Below, one piece after another: positions 1-8,197 of a stretch of DNA of 64,000 bases. Under the pieces are notes generated by a model. It was not told the DNA's origin, ran no database searches, and saw only the letters and a program-made list of their open reading frames with translations. The translations under genes and the position numbers were made by a program. Each line of letters starts with the position of its first letter. Positions within the stretch are counted from its first letter, which is position 1. This stretch comes from a virus. Lineage: Duplodnaviria > Caudoviricetes. The DNA lies in the IMG/VR virus record IMGVR_UViG_3300046167_000801; one strand, given 5' to 3'.

Positions 1-8
1 TATTTATA
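1..8 (+). promoter_or_regulatory. TATTTATA motif, putative phage late-gene element
   Basis: TATTTATA lies 4 nt before the ATG at 13; the same motif precedes most structural genes in the window. Confidence 0.5.
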
Positions 9-12
9 GAAT

Positions 13-1362
13 ATGAAAGTTTCAGAACTAAATAAAATTATTGAAGAAACGATCTCACAAGAGATAAAGGACACCATTCTGAAAGAAGGAAGTGGTGATA
101 AGACCGCATACTGTATTAAGTGTGAGGGTGAATACGTTGAGGTTTGTGACACAAAAGAGGAGGCGGACCAAAAATGTGAAGAATATAATAAAAATAACCC
201 CGACAAAGATTTTGTTGTGGAAATAGAAACCTACGAATCAAAACAAGATTTATTAGATAAATTAGATCAGTTAGGTGAAGAATTAGACTCAAAAGACATG
301 AAAAAAGACCATTCAATAGAAGAATTAGAACAAGATCAAAATGAATCAGCATTTGTTTTGGCGGCAGATGCGGCTAAAGATGCTGGTAAGGATGAATTTG
401 AATTCCCTGAAGGAAGTGGAAAGATGCATCCCGTAACAATTAAAACAGATATTGACGAGAAAGAAGAATGTCAAGAGTGTGGAGATAAAATGTACGAAGA
501 TGAGGAAGGAACTGTTGAACCACTTTATGAAGGTCAGTGTGAGGAATGTGGGAAACCTTTATGTGAGTGTGGAAGTATGGAAGAATCAGAAGATAAAGAT
601 TCACTCCCAACTATGAATGAAATATCTAAATGTGTTAAAGAAGGAATGACATATGAAGATATTTGTGAAAAATATTCAAAATGTGATAAGGAAAAATTAA
701 AAGAAATGTATGAATCTTGTGGTAAACAACACGAAGGTAAAGAACCTAAAGTACTTAGATTATCGGAATCACAATTAATAGATATGATCAGTAAATTAGT
801 TAATGAAGCAGTAACACCGGGTTTAAAGGCGGTTAAAGATTCCCATAAATTAAGTAATAAAGAAACAAAAGAACATATGGCTAACGTAGATAAGAAATTA
901 AAGAAGGCATTATCGATTGAAGGTAATGACAATCCTGAATTTCCAAATGCATCAGGGAAAGGTGAAATAGACCCTAAAAAAGTAGTACATAATACCGAAG
1001 AAGAGAATGAAGAGGTAGATATGGAAAGAGGGGAACATGTGTTAGATTTAGATTATGATCACGAACCTAGTGACGAGTTTAAAGATAGAGTTAAAAAGGC
1101 GTTAGAAGGTGACTCTACTATGGGTAATGCAGACGGTGGAAACACAATTCCTACTGAAACAGGTAAAAATTTGGCTAAGACAGCCGAGAAAAGAAAAGAA
1201 AGGTATGAAAATCAACCTATGTATAAGAAAGATATACAACCTGTTAAAGTTGTTAAAGAAGAGAAAGAAGAATTAACCGAATCAAAAGAAAAAACAAACG
1301 TTTTAGAGGAAGAAATTCAAAGATTGAAGGATCTTTCAAATTATAACGAAAAGACTCAATAA
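13..1362 (+). CDS. Acidic CxxC-containing protein, probable head/prohead-associated protein (449 aa)
   Basis: Very Glu/Asp-rich; CIKC, CQECG, CEECG..CECG motifs; segments FVLAADAAKDAGKDEFEF, KVLRLSESQLIDMISKLVNEA and VLEEEIQRLKDL recall head-associated proteins of large myoviruses (from memory, not searched). Confidence 0.55.
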   Translation: MKVSELNKIIEETISQEIKDTILKEGSGDKTAYCIKCEGEYVEVCDTKEEADQKCEEYNKNNPDKDFVVEIETYESKQDLLDKLDQLGEELDSKDMKKDHSIEELEQDQNESAFVLAADAAKDAGKDEFEFPEGSGKMHPVTIKTDIDEKEECQECGDKMYEDEEGTVEPLYEGQCEECGKPLCECGSMEESEDKDSLPTMNEISKCVKEGMTYEDICEKYSKCDKEKLKEMYESCGKQHEGKEPKVLRLSESQLIDMISKLVNEAVTPGLKAVKDSHKLSNKETKEHMANVDKKLKKALSIEGNDNPEFPNASGKGEIDPKKVVHNTEEENEEVDMERGEHVLDLDYDHEPSDEFKDRVKKALEGDSTMGNADGGNTIPTETGKNLAKTAEKRKERYENQPMYKKDIQPVKVVKEEKEELTESKEKTNVLEEEIQRLKDLSNYNEKTQ

Positions 1363-1367
1363 TATTG

Positions 1368-1396
1368 TTGTCTTTGTTTTCTTTTATTCGTATATT
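1368..1396 (+). promoter_or_regulatory. sigma70-like promoter TTGTCT-N17-TATATT
   Basis: -35 at 1368-1373, exact 17-nt spacer, -10 at 1391-1396; ATG at 1409. Confidence 0.6.
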
Positions 1397-1408
1397 TTTA
1401 ATGAAAAT

Positions 1409-1864
1409 ATGGAAAATAAAGACACATATCTTAAATCAATACTCAAGGATCAAGACTACGGATACCAGACGGAAGTGTGGTATCGTGCTTACAGTATCAC
1501 AACAGAAAAAATAGAACTATTCTACGACTTAGTGGATTCACTCTATAGAATAGTGGATCAAACCTACTTAGGTCCTGACGCTATCATTACAGAAGATGAA
1601 CAAAGAAAACATTTTACATGGTGTTGGGATAAAGTCATTAATAATCTATCTAAAGAAAAGATAAATTTTAATAGTAGGGGAATACACTATGAATATTTTT
1701 GGGATTTCTTTTTAGAATCATTTTATTATTTAAAAATGGATGAGGAAGAAATTAAAATTAAGGAATATCTCTATAGACTCTTCAATTACAACCACAAAAA
1801 GACAAGATCTGAACTAGCGGTTCTAACAGAAATTTATAAATTACTAGAAAATAACTTGAACTAG
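1409..1864 (+). CDS. Hypothetical protein (151 aa)
   Basis: Intact ORF with typical codon usage behind a promoter-like element; no recognisable family motif. Confidence 0.75.
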   Translation: MENKDTYLKSILKDQDYGYQTEVWYRAYSITTEKIELFYDLVDSLYRIVDQTYLGPDAIITEDEQRKHFTWCWDKVINNLSKEKINFNSRGIHYEYFWDFFLESFYYLKMDEEEIKIKEYLYRLFNYNHKKTRSELAVLTEIYKLLENNLN

Positions 1865-1884
1865 TAAAATAAATTCCGTATATT
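1856..1884 (+). promoter_or_regulatory. sigma70-like promoter TTGAAC-N17-TATATT
   Basis: -35 at 1856-1861, 17-nt spacer, -10 at 1879-1884; upstream of the Hc1-like gene. Confidence 0.6.
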
Positions 1885-1907
1885 ACTATCAGAAACGGTA
1901 ATAAAGT

Positions 1908-2090
1908 ATGGAAACGTTAGGAAAAATTAAGGACCTTGTAGAGAAAATGTCGGTTGACACTCACAAGGTATACGACAAAGGTAACAGATCTGCATCAATC
2001 AGAGCACGAAAATACGCTCAAGAAGTAAAGAGTCTTATTGCATCATTCAGAAAAGAAATATTAGACGAAATAAAGAGACATGATAAATAA
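1908..2090 (+). CDS. Histone H1-like (Hc1-family) small basic DNA-binding protein (60 aa)
   Basis: DKGNRSASIRARKYAQEVKSLIASFRKEI matches the GNxxAxxRARK...L..FRK pattern of Hc1-like proteins seen in Bacteroidota and Chlamydiae. Confidence 0.7.
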   Translation: METLGKIKDLVEKMSVDTHKVYDKGNRSASIRARKYAQEVKSLIASFRKEILDEIKRHDK

Positions 2091-2259
2091 TATAGAATTA
2101 TACATTTTGGTCTTATCGATAGTTTTCGTTCTAAGATTTATAGTTGAGTTTATAGTAAAATTATTTATAACATCTGCAGAACCATTATCAACAAATAAAT
2201 ATGAGAAAGTAACTCTATACTTCGCAATCTCATATATAATAACATATATAATAACATAA
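2080..2259 (+). CDS. Small membrane protein (59 aa), below the ORF-track cutoff
   Basis: ATG 2080 to TAA 2257-2259 gives MINNIELYILVLSIVFVLRFIVEFIVKLFITSAEPLSTNKYEKVTLYFAISYIITYIIT with two hydrophobic stretches; fills the gap between annotated genes; contains a 12-bp tandem duplication at 2233-2256. Confidence 0.7.
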   Translation: MINNIELYILVLSIVFVLRFIVEFIVKLFITSAEPLSTNKYEKVTLYFAISYIITYIIT

Positions 2260-2264
2260 AATAA

Positions 2265-2765
2265 GTGTACGAAATAATAAAACCTTTAAGACCTTATTTC
2301 TTTTCTCTAAGAGAGATTAAGGGAAATGTTAGTTTAGATTTAAAACTTCCATCAAAATGGAAATACGAAGAAATTGTTTCTGTTTATAAGACCTTAAAAA
2401 TAAAGGTCCAAGACAAAAACGATAAAGATGTTTTAGTCTCTTTTATATGTGAATCATCTCAAGATGGATACAACACGGCACTACAATGTGCAAATGAAGT
2501 GGTTGAAAAAAACATTGAAGATGAAAAGAAGAGAGAGTTGTTCGATAAGAAAGTTAGAGAAATGAGAGCATTGTTTGAGGAAAGTAAGTTAGATGATCTC
2601 GAAAATTTAAAATTTGAAAGTAATGTCCAAGAATACGACACGCAAAGAATTAGATTGGTTGGAGAAGGAGATTCAAAAGGATCAGTTGGAAGTGGAGACA
2701 CACAAGAAAAAAATGATTCAACAACTGATGAAGACGAAGAAGGAGGATCTATTCAAAGTCCCTGA
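2265..2765 (+). CDS. Hypothetical protein (166 aa, GTG start); last 143 nt overlap the next gene
   Basis: Globular N-terminal part, coiled-coil middle, low-complexity acidic tail read from the overlap. Confidence 0.65.
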   Translation: MYEIIKPLRPYFFSLREIKGNVSLDLKLPSKWKYEEIVSVYKTLKIKVQDKNDKDVLVSFICESSQDGYNTALQCANEVVEKNIEDEKKRELFDKKVREMRALFEESKLDDLENLKFESNVQEYDTQRIRLVGEGDSKGSVGSGDTQEKNDSTTDEDEEGGSIQSP

Positions 2766-2829
2766 AAGTAAAAAAACAAATAAATTTAAAGACCTACTAA
2801 CCAAAGTAGGTAAAATATTAGGTATATAA
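2623..2829 (+). CDS. Small basic hypothetical protein (68 aa from ATG 2623)
   Basis: MSKNTTRKELDWLEKEIQKD...KILGI; its stop overlaps the next ATG as TAATG, a coupling common in this window. Confidence 0.65.
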   Translation: MSKNTTRKELDWLEKEIQKDQLEVETHKKKMIQQLMKTKKEDLFKVPESKKTNKFKDLLTKVGKILGI

Positions 2830-3074
2830 TGTCAAAAGAAAAAAAAGGTGACATATTAAATCAATTAGCCATTATTTCAGATCTAATAGAAAAAGTCGCA
2901 TTTGATTTTAATGGGGGTACGGTATTTTATGAATTAACTGAGGAAGAATACGATAAAATATTAGAATACATTAAAACTAAATTTGATGGTAATGAGGTTG
3001 AGGAAACTGATTCTAATACATTTTCCATTTTAATAGGGGACATCTCCTTTATGTTTAGTAAGAATAGTGTCTAA
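2829..3074 (+). CDS. Hypothetical protein (81 aa)
   Basis: Coupled to the upstream gene by TAATG; 3' end overlaps the convergent minus-strand gene by 20 nt. Confidence 0.7.
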   Translation: MSKEKKGDILNQLAIISDLIEKVAFDFNGGTVFYELTEEEYDKILEYIKTKFDGNEVEETDSNTFSILIGDISFMFSKNSV

Positions 3075-3705
3075 ATAGATCGGTACGTTTGTAACCTTTC
3101 TTTTCAAGTAAGTTGTATAGGGTTTTTCTTTGTGTGGTAGTAATATCTTTCACAAAAATGAAATTACCCTTTTTTTTATGTTTTAATAAATCTTCCCTAA
3201 GTAAATCAAATAATCTGTCAGAGTCGTATAAGTTCTTATTACCGAACATCCTAACGTTATCTTCTATTTGAAGAAACAATTTAGTATTAAGAGTGAATAT
3301 TTGTGCAATCTCGTCGACCTCAACCAATAAATCTAATAGTTGGTGATATCTAATGTGTCCCTTATTATCATGATCGTATATTTTCTCTTCCTGCCAATAA
3401 GGAACTATTTCCTTCATTCTGAAACCCTTCATATCAACACCCGCTTCGTACAATCTACCGAACTCATCTCTTTTGACAACTGTTTTTTTCTTTGCCCATC
3501 TATTATCGGGATATATTAGTGCGAGTTCGTAATCTAACTTTTGGTTGCGTTTACCACCGTACTCTTTTGTATACCTCGGTTTCTTTTCGGTTTTTAACTC
3601 ATACCACATATCACGTATTGCGGGAAGACTAATAGTTTGGTAAAAGAGTTTCTTTCTTTTTTTATTACAGAAGAGTATTATTTTATATTTCTTCTTCTTT
3701 TTCAT
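3055..3705 (-). CDS. Basic hypothetical protein (216 aa from ATG 3705; the track starts at TTG 3711)
   Basis: Long minus-strand ORF with no competing plus-strand ORF; Lys-rich N-terminus. Confidence 0.75.
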   Translation of the reverse strand: MKKKKKYKIILFCNKKRKKLFYQTISLPAIRDMWYELKTEKKPRYTKEYGGKRNQKLDYELALIYPDNRWAKKKTVVKRDEFGRLYEAGVDMKGFRMKEIVPYWQEEKIYDHDNKGHIRYHQLLDLLVEVDEIAQIFTLNTKLFLQIEDNVRMFGNKNLYDSDRLFDLLREDLLKHKKKGNFIFVKDITTTQRKTLYNLLEKKGYKRTDLFRHYSY

Positions 3706-3707
3706 AC

Positions 3708-3872
3708 TCAAAATAACAGAGATAGGATTTTGTAAAGTCCGTACACGGATAAACCTAAAACTATGAATAGGGATATTTTAATACTTTTTTCTACTTTGAT
3801 TACTTCTTGAAGTAGTTCTTCCCTTTCTTGTTTTTTCTTACACTTTGAGCAAGATTCCTTTTTTTTCTTCAT
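3708..3872 (-). CDS. Small CxxC plus C-terminal transmembrane protein (54 aa), not in the ORF track
   Basis: Reverse strand ATG 3872 to TGA 3710-3708 gives MKKKKESCSKCKKKQEREELLQEVIKVEKSIKISLFIVLGLSVYGLYKILSLLF; the stop is 2 nt before the next ATG. Confidence 0.7.
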   Translation of the reverse strand: MKKKKESCSKCKKKQEREELLQEVIKVEKSIKISLFIVLGLSVYGLYKILSLLF

Positions 3873-3878
3873 AATAAT

Positions 3879-3907
3879 AATATATGTAATTTATAACTAT
3901 TTATCAA
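3879..3907 (-). promoter_or_regulatory. sigma70-like promoter TTGATA-N17-TATATT on the minus strand
   Basis: Plus-strand TATCAA at 3902-3907 and AATATA at 3879-3884 are 17 nt apart; the -10 ends 6 nt before ATG 3872. Confidence 0.6.
3898..3905 (+). promoter_or_regulatory. TATTTATC putative late element
   Basis: 3 nt before ATG 3909; overlaps the -35 box of the divergent minus-strand promoter. Confidence 0.5.
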
Positions 3908-3908
3908 T

Positions 3909-4661
3909 ATGAAACTTTTGGAAATAGTCGAGGGTGATAAAATAAAGTGTGAGAGCTGCGGATGGAGTTGGAAAATATCCGAAGGTGGTGACGACTTATA
4001 CATTTGTCATAAATGTGGTAACGACACGAATGCCGATACCATAAATGAATCACTAAAAGACCTTAAGTTCAGTGAATCAATAAGTGATAAACATCAAAAA
4101 GAAATAGATTATAATAGGGAAAGTGGTTTGTTTAAGGACTTTGACATTTCTAAATATAAGAAAATGTATCCTCCGAGTAATGACTCTAAGATTGCAAAAG
4201 AAGAATTGAAAACATTATCATCACTACCCGAACAAAAGGACTTCGTTGAAAAATATGATCGAATATTCAAATCATTTAAAAAATATGCGGAACAACGGGA
4301 CCATAAAATACCTAAAACCCAAATTAAAGAGGTTATTAAAAGTGCGGCGGGTATAATTTATGAATTAAAGTATCATTTTAACAGACCAAGACCACAACAA
4401 ATAGCGGAACATAATGATATGAAGATAGGTGGTATGGATTTAGAAAGTGCAAAATCACCATCATACCCATCTGGTCATTCAACTCAATCTAAAATAGTTG
4501 GAGAAATATTAGTTGAAGTCACTAAAGACGTGGGGTATCGTAATATTGCCGAAAAAATATCCATAAGTAGAAATGTGGGTCGCGTACATTTTCCTAGCGA
4601 TTCTAAGTTAGGTGAGAAGTTGGGTGAAGATTTATTTGAATTCCTAAAAAACAAGAGATAA
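3909..4661 (+). CDS. PAP2/haloperoxidase-superfamily phosphatase with N-terminal zinc ribbon (250 aa)
   Basis: The three PAP2 motifs KYHFNRPRP, PSYPSGHS and SRNVGRVHFPSD are present; N-terminal CESCG...CHKCG. Confidence 0.85.
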   Translation: MKLLEIVEGDKIKCESCGWSWKISEGGDDLYICHKCGNDTNADTINESLKDLKFSESISDKHQKEIDYNRESGLFKDFDISKYKKMYPPSNDSKIAKEELKTLSSLPEQKDFVEKYDRIFKSFKKYAEQRDHKIPKTQIKEVIKSAAGIIYELKYHFNRPRPQQIAEHNDMKIGGMDLESAKSPSYPSGHSTQSKIVGEILVEVTKDVGYRNIAEKISISRNVGRVHFPSDSKLGEKLGEDLFEFLKNKR

Positions 4662-4666
4662 CGAGG

Positions 4667-4695
4667 TTGACTTACTCATTCTTTTTCTGTATATT
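4667..4695 (+). promoter_or_regulatory. sigma70-like promoter TTGACT-N17-TATATT
   Basis: Near-consensus -35 at 4667-4672, 17-nt spacer, -10 at 4690-4695; upstream of the methyltransferase-nusG-AAA-trx block. Confidence 0.7.
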
Positions 4696-4725
4696 TTATA
4701 TAAGTAAACGAAACATCGAAATTAC

Positions 4726-5670
4726 ATGATAAGTTATATTGGAGGTAAAGCCAGAATAGGGAAATGGATAGTTCCGTTCATTCCTAATGACATCGAGACA
4801 TACGTTGAACCTTTCTCAGGGATGTTTTGGGTGTTCTTCAATATGGACCTTAAAAAATATCCTAATCTTAAGACAGTAGTGTATAATGACTTCAATGGGT
4901 TGAACGCAAACCTAATGAAGTGTTCTTTAGACTATGATAGAATGCATGAAGAATTAAATAAGTATATCGAATATGTGCAGGTAGTCGGTGAAGAAAATAC
5001 ACCTCCCGAATGTAGAGAATTCTTCAATAGATGTCAAGAAGAGGTCTTTCATCCTGACTACGAAATAGGGGAGTATCCAAATTACGAGGCAGCAGTAAAA
5101 TATGTTTACGTATTAACACAAATATTTTCAGGATCCAAACCTGAAACCTCAAACTACACAGATTATAAAGGTAAGTATCGTTGTAAAGTCTTGATATTTA
5201 TGGATAAGTTGAAGAATGGTAAGTTTAGAGAACACTTCGACAAAATAACGTTCGTGGAAAATATGGATTTTCAAGATGTAATAGAGAAATATGATTCTCC
5301 CACCTCTTACTTCTATACTGACCCACCTTATTGGAAAACTGAAAACTATTATTCGAATCACGATTTTGATAGGTCAGACCATGAGAGATTAGCGGACTGT
5401 TTAAAAAATTCGGAAGGGAGATACAGTTTATCGTATTATGACTTTCCATTATTACAGACGTGGTTTCCTTACACGGATTACAAATGGGAAAAGAAGGGTT
5501 TTAAAAAATCCGCAGCAGCGAAGAAAGACGGTACACAAAATACAGGTATTGAAATTCTGATAATGAACTACGGACAACCATCATACAAGGAGGGAGAACA
5601 ACTAAGTATGTTTGAACTTGTGGATGATGAAAAGGACAAAACAAAAAAAATATTAGTCCCTAAACTGTAG
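4726..5670 (+). CDS. dam: Dam/D12-class N6-adenine DNA methyltransferase (314 aa)
   Basis: SYIGGK, YVEPFSG, VYND and FYTDPPY motifs; target sequence unknown. Confidence 0.85.
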   Translation: MISYIGGKARIGKWIVPFIPNDIETYVEPFSGMFWVFFNMDLKKYPNLKTVVYNDFNGLNANLMKCSLDYDRMHEELNKYIEYVQVVGEENTPPECREFFNRCQEEVFHPDYEIGEYPNYEAAVKYVYVLTQIFSGSKPETSNYTDYKGKYRCKVLIFMDKLKNGKFREHFDKITFVENMDFQDVIEKYDSPTSYFYTDPPYWKTENYYSNHDFDRSDHERLADCLKNSEGRYSLSYYDFPLLQTWFPYTDYKWEKKGFKKSAAAKKDGTQNTGIEILIMNYGQPSYKEGEQLSMFELVDDEKDKTKKILVPKL

Positions 5671-5692
5671 TTTATAGTTTATTATATAAAGT

Positions 5693-6214
5693 ATGGGTAG
5701 TTATTGGTATTTAGTAAAAGTACTGCCAGGTAAAGAGAGACAACTTAAAGATAAATTCAATTCGGATATTGAGTTGGGTAACATCAGAGGAATAAAAGAA
5801 TTTGTTTGTCCATTAGAGAAAGAACTTAAAATGGTCAAAACAAAGAAAGTCGTAAGAGAAAAAGTAATATACACAGGTTACTTATATTTTAATACGGATG
5901 AACTTCTAACAGAAGACGATCTAACTAACTTGTCCTACTTACCTGACACCATGAAAGTTTTGGGGGACAAAAGACCGATAAGAGTCAGAGATAGGGAAAT
6001 TCAAAGGGTTCTAAAAAATGGTCAAGAAGGTCAGGAAATCGTAAGTAGTATACAATACAACATAGGTGAAACAATTAAGGTTATTGACGGACCGTTTAAC
6101 ACCTTCGATGGTGAAATCAGATCTATAAATGGTGATAAGGTTGATGTAGATGTTAAGGTTTTTGGTAGACCTACCAAAGTTACGTTATCAAAAGAACAGA
6201 TAGATAAATTATGA
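5693..6214 (+). CDS. nusG: Transcription termination/antitermination factor NusG (173 aa)
   Basis: NGN domain (WYLVKVLPGKE...YTGYLY) plus KOW domain (GETIKVIDGPFNTFDG...VKVFGRPT). Confidence 0.9.
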   Translation: MGSYWYLVKVLPGKERQLKDKFNSDIELGNIRGIKEFVCPLEKELKMVKTKKVVREKVIYTGYLYFNTDELLTEDDLTNLSYLPDTMKVLGDKRPIRVRDREIQRVLKNGQEGQEIVSSIQYNIGETIKVIDGPFNTFDGEIRSINGDKVDVDVKVFGRPTKVTLSKEQIDKL

Positions 6215-6540
6215 TAGACGCTGAGGTGTTATTATATATTGCGAAACTAACAAAGTATTTGGATACCAATAAAAATGCGAGAGAACATTTTGTTGGTGAT
6301 TTAGACGTGGAAATTTTCTTAGAAAATGTCACTATGATTGCAATGGGGAACTTCGAAAAAAAGAACGACCCCACATTATCAATGGATCAATTTGAACAAA
6401 TAAGAAAGTCCATGAGGTCGTCGGAGTTAAAGAAGGGCATTATGGAAGAAATAAATGAAATTTCTAATAGAGACGATAGTTATTATGAACCTACAATCTT
6501 TATAGATGAAAGAGGTCTTGAAACAATTAAAACTAAATGA
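6211..6540 (+). CDS. Hypothetical protein (109 aa)
   Basis: ATGA overlaps with both neighbours; no motif recognised. Confidence 0.7.
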   Translation: MIDAEVLLYIAKLTKYLDTNKNAREHFVGDLDVEIFLENVTMIAMGNFEKKNDPTLSMDQFEQIRKSMRSSELKKGIMEEINEISNRDDSYYEPTIFIDERGLETIKTK

Positions 6541-7616
6541 ATATACCTAAATATTATCCAATATTTGAATCAACATATAGTGAGGAGATTGCCAGTGAAC
6601 AAATCTTCATACTAAAATACGAAAAATTACCTTCAGTAAAGTCATATAGGGTACCCTTCAGCGAAAGAGTTTTGGAACTCATAACTAAGGACGGGTTTTC
6701 AATACTGAGTAAATTAAGTAGTGAGTACCAGACAAGTATAAGGACCCTAATTGGGAGAACATCTGAAGAGACTCTATATCATTTTGATGATAAGGAATTA
6801 CTAATTAAAACTAAAAGAGGTAAAGGGAATAAAAATATTACTCTAACTTTTTATTATTCTCACGACAATGGTAGTATTGAGTCTCAGTACAATTTAGACA
6901 AATTAAAAAGACATATTACGAAAAAAAAGAAAGGTAATATATCTTTAATAAAGTCTCATAGCGGTGGATTTTTAGATTTGGAAGAGTATGAATTGAAAAT
7001 ACCTAAAACGGATTTAAAACTTAATTATGGTAAAGATTTTAAGAAAATCCACGATACTATAGTTAAGAGGTTAAATAGGGATAATGATAAGGGTATTGTT
7101 CTTTTACATGGTGAACCTGGTACGGGTAAAACGACCTATATAAAATATTTATCCTCATTAATAAAAGAAAAACAAATCATATTTGTTCCACCTATGATGG
7201 CGGAATCACTAACAGACCCAACGATTATACCATTCTTAATGGAATATAAAAATAGTATTCTAATAATTGAAGATGCTGAGAAAGTTTTAGGTACTCGAGA
7301 GAATTCAAACAATATGTCACAGAGTACATCTAACCTACTTAACTTAACCGATGGTATCTTGGGGGATTGTTTAAATATACAAATTGTGGCGACTTTCAAC
7401 ACGAAAAGAGATAACATTGATGATGCATTTATGAGAAAAGGAAGGTTAATTGCCGAACATAAGTTTACTAAATTATCAATAGAGGAGAGTAATAAATTAT
7501 TGGAATCACTTTCTAAAGACGTTATAACAGAAGAAGAAATGGCATTATCCGATATATACAATATAGATGTTGATATCTATAAAACAATTAAACAAAAAGG
7601 TAAAATAGGTTTTTAA
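6537..7616 (+). CDS. AAA+ ATPase (359 aa)
   Basis: Walker A GEPGTGKT, Walker B ILIIEDAE, SRH-like FNT...DDAFMRKGRL. Confidence 0.88.
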   Translation: MNIPKYYPIFESTYSEEIASEQIFILKYEKLPSVKSYRVPFSERVLELITKDGFSILSKLSSEYQTSIRTLIGRTSEETLYHFDDKELLIKTKRGKGNKNITLTFYYSHDNGSIESQYNLDKLKRHITKKKKGNISLIKSHSGGFLDLEEYELKIPKTDLKLNYGKDFKKIHDTIVKRLNRDNDKGIVLLHGEPGTGKTTYIKYLSSLIKEKQIIFVPPMMAESLTDPTIIPFLMEYKNSILIIEDAEKVLGTRENSNNMSQSTSNLLNLTDGILGDCLNIQIVATFNTKRDNIDDAFMRKGRLIAEHKFTKLSIEESNKLLESLSKDVITEEEMALSDIYNIDVDIYKTIKQKGKIGF

Positions 7617-7618
7617 TT

Positions 7619-7924
7619 ATGAAAAATACAACAGGACAAGAAATTTTGTCACTACAAAAAGAAGGTAAGAAAGTTTTAGTGGATTTATGGGCACCATGGT
7701 GTGGACCATGTAAGTCACTAATCCCTAGATTAGAAAATATGGACGAAAAATACGAAAATGTAGAATTCGTAAAAGTTAATGTGGATGAAGATAGATCATA
7801 CGCTCAAGGATTGGGTATAAGAAGTGTACCTACGGTAATTATCTTTGATGGAGACATTGAAGTCGGTAGATTAACGGGTGCTCAGGCAGACACAAACTAT
7901 ACAGACATTTTAGATAAATTGTAA
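7619..7924 (+). CDS. trxA: Thioredoxin (101 aa)
   Basis: VLVDLWAPWCGPC active site and GIRSVPT cis-Pro motif. Confidence 0.92.
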   Translation: MKNTTGQEILSLQKEGKKVLVDLWAPWCGPCKSLIPRLENMDEKYENVEFVKVNVDEDRSYAQGLGIRSVPTVIIFDGDIEVGRLTGAQADTNYTDILDKL

Positions 7925-8193
7925 TGACAACAATATGTGTTTTTACAATGAGGGGATGTTCATATTGTGATGAATTTAAAGAAATATTAAAAAAAGAAAA
8001 CTTAAGTTATCAAGAGTATGATGTTGACGACAATCAATATCTATGGGATCAAGTTGTAAATCAGATTGGTGAAGAAAACCTACCCACAGTGTTTATAAGG
8101 AATGAAAAAGATAGTTTAGGGGTACTTCTAATGCCAGATATAAATGTGGAAAGTCAAGAAGAGATGTTAGAAAAAATCAAAGAAAATATATAA
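7924..8193 (+). CDS. Glutaredoxin/NrdH-like redoxin (89 aa)
   Basis: FTMRGCSYC CxxC motif and LPTVFI cis-Pro motif. Confidence 0.8.
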   Translation: MTTICVFTMRGCSYCDEFKEILKKENLSYQEYDVDDNQYLWDQVVNQIGEENLPTVFIRNEKDSLGVLLMPDINVESQEEMLEKIKENI

Positions 8194-8197
8194 AATC

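Noticed and set aside
2162-7153. TATTTAT(A/C) copies at 2162 and 7146 as late promoters
   Set aside because: Both are inside coding sequence and not next to a start codon; treated as chance matches in AT-rich DNA.
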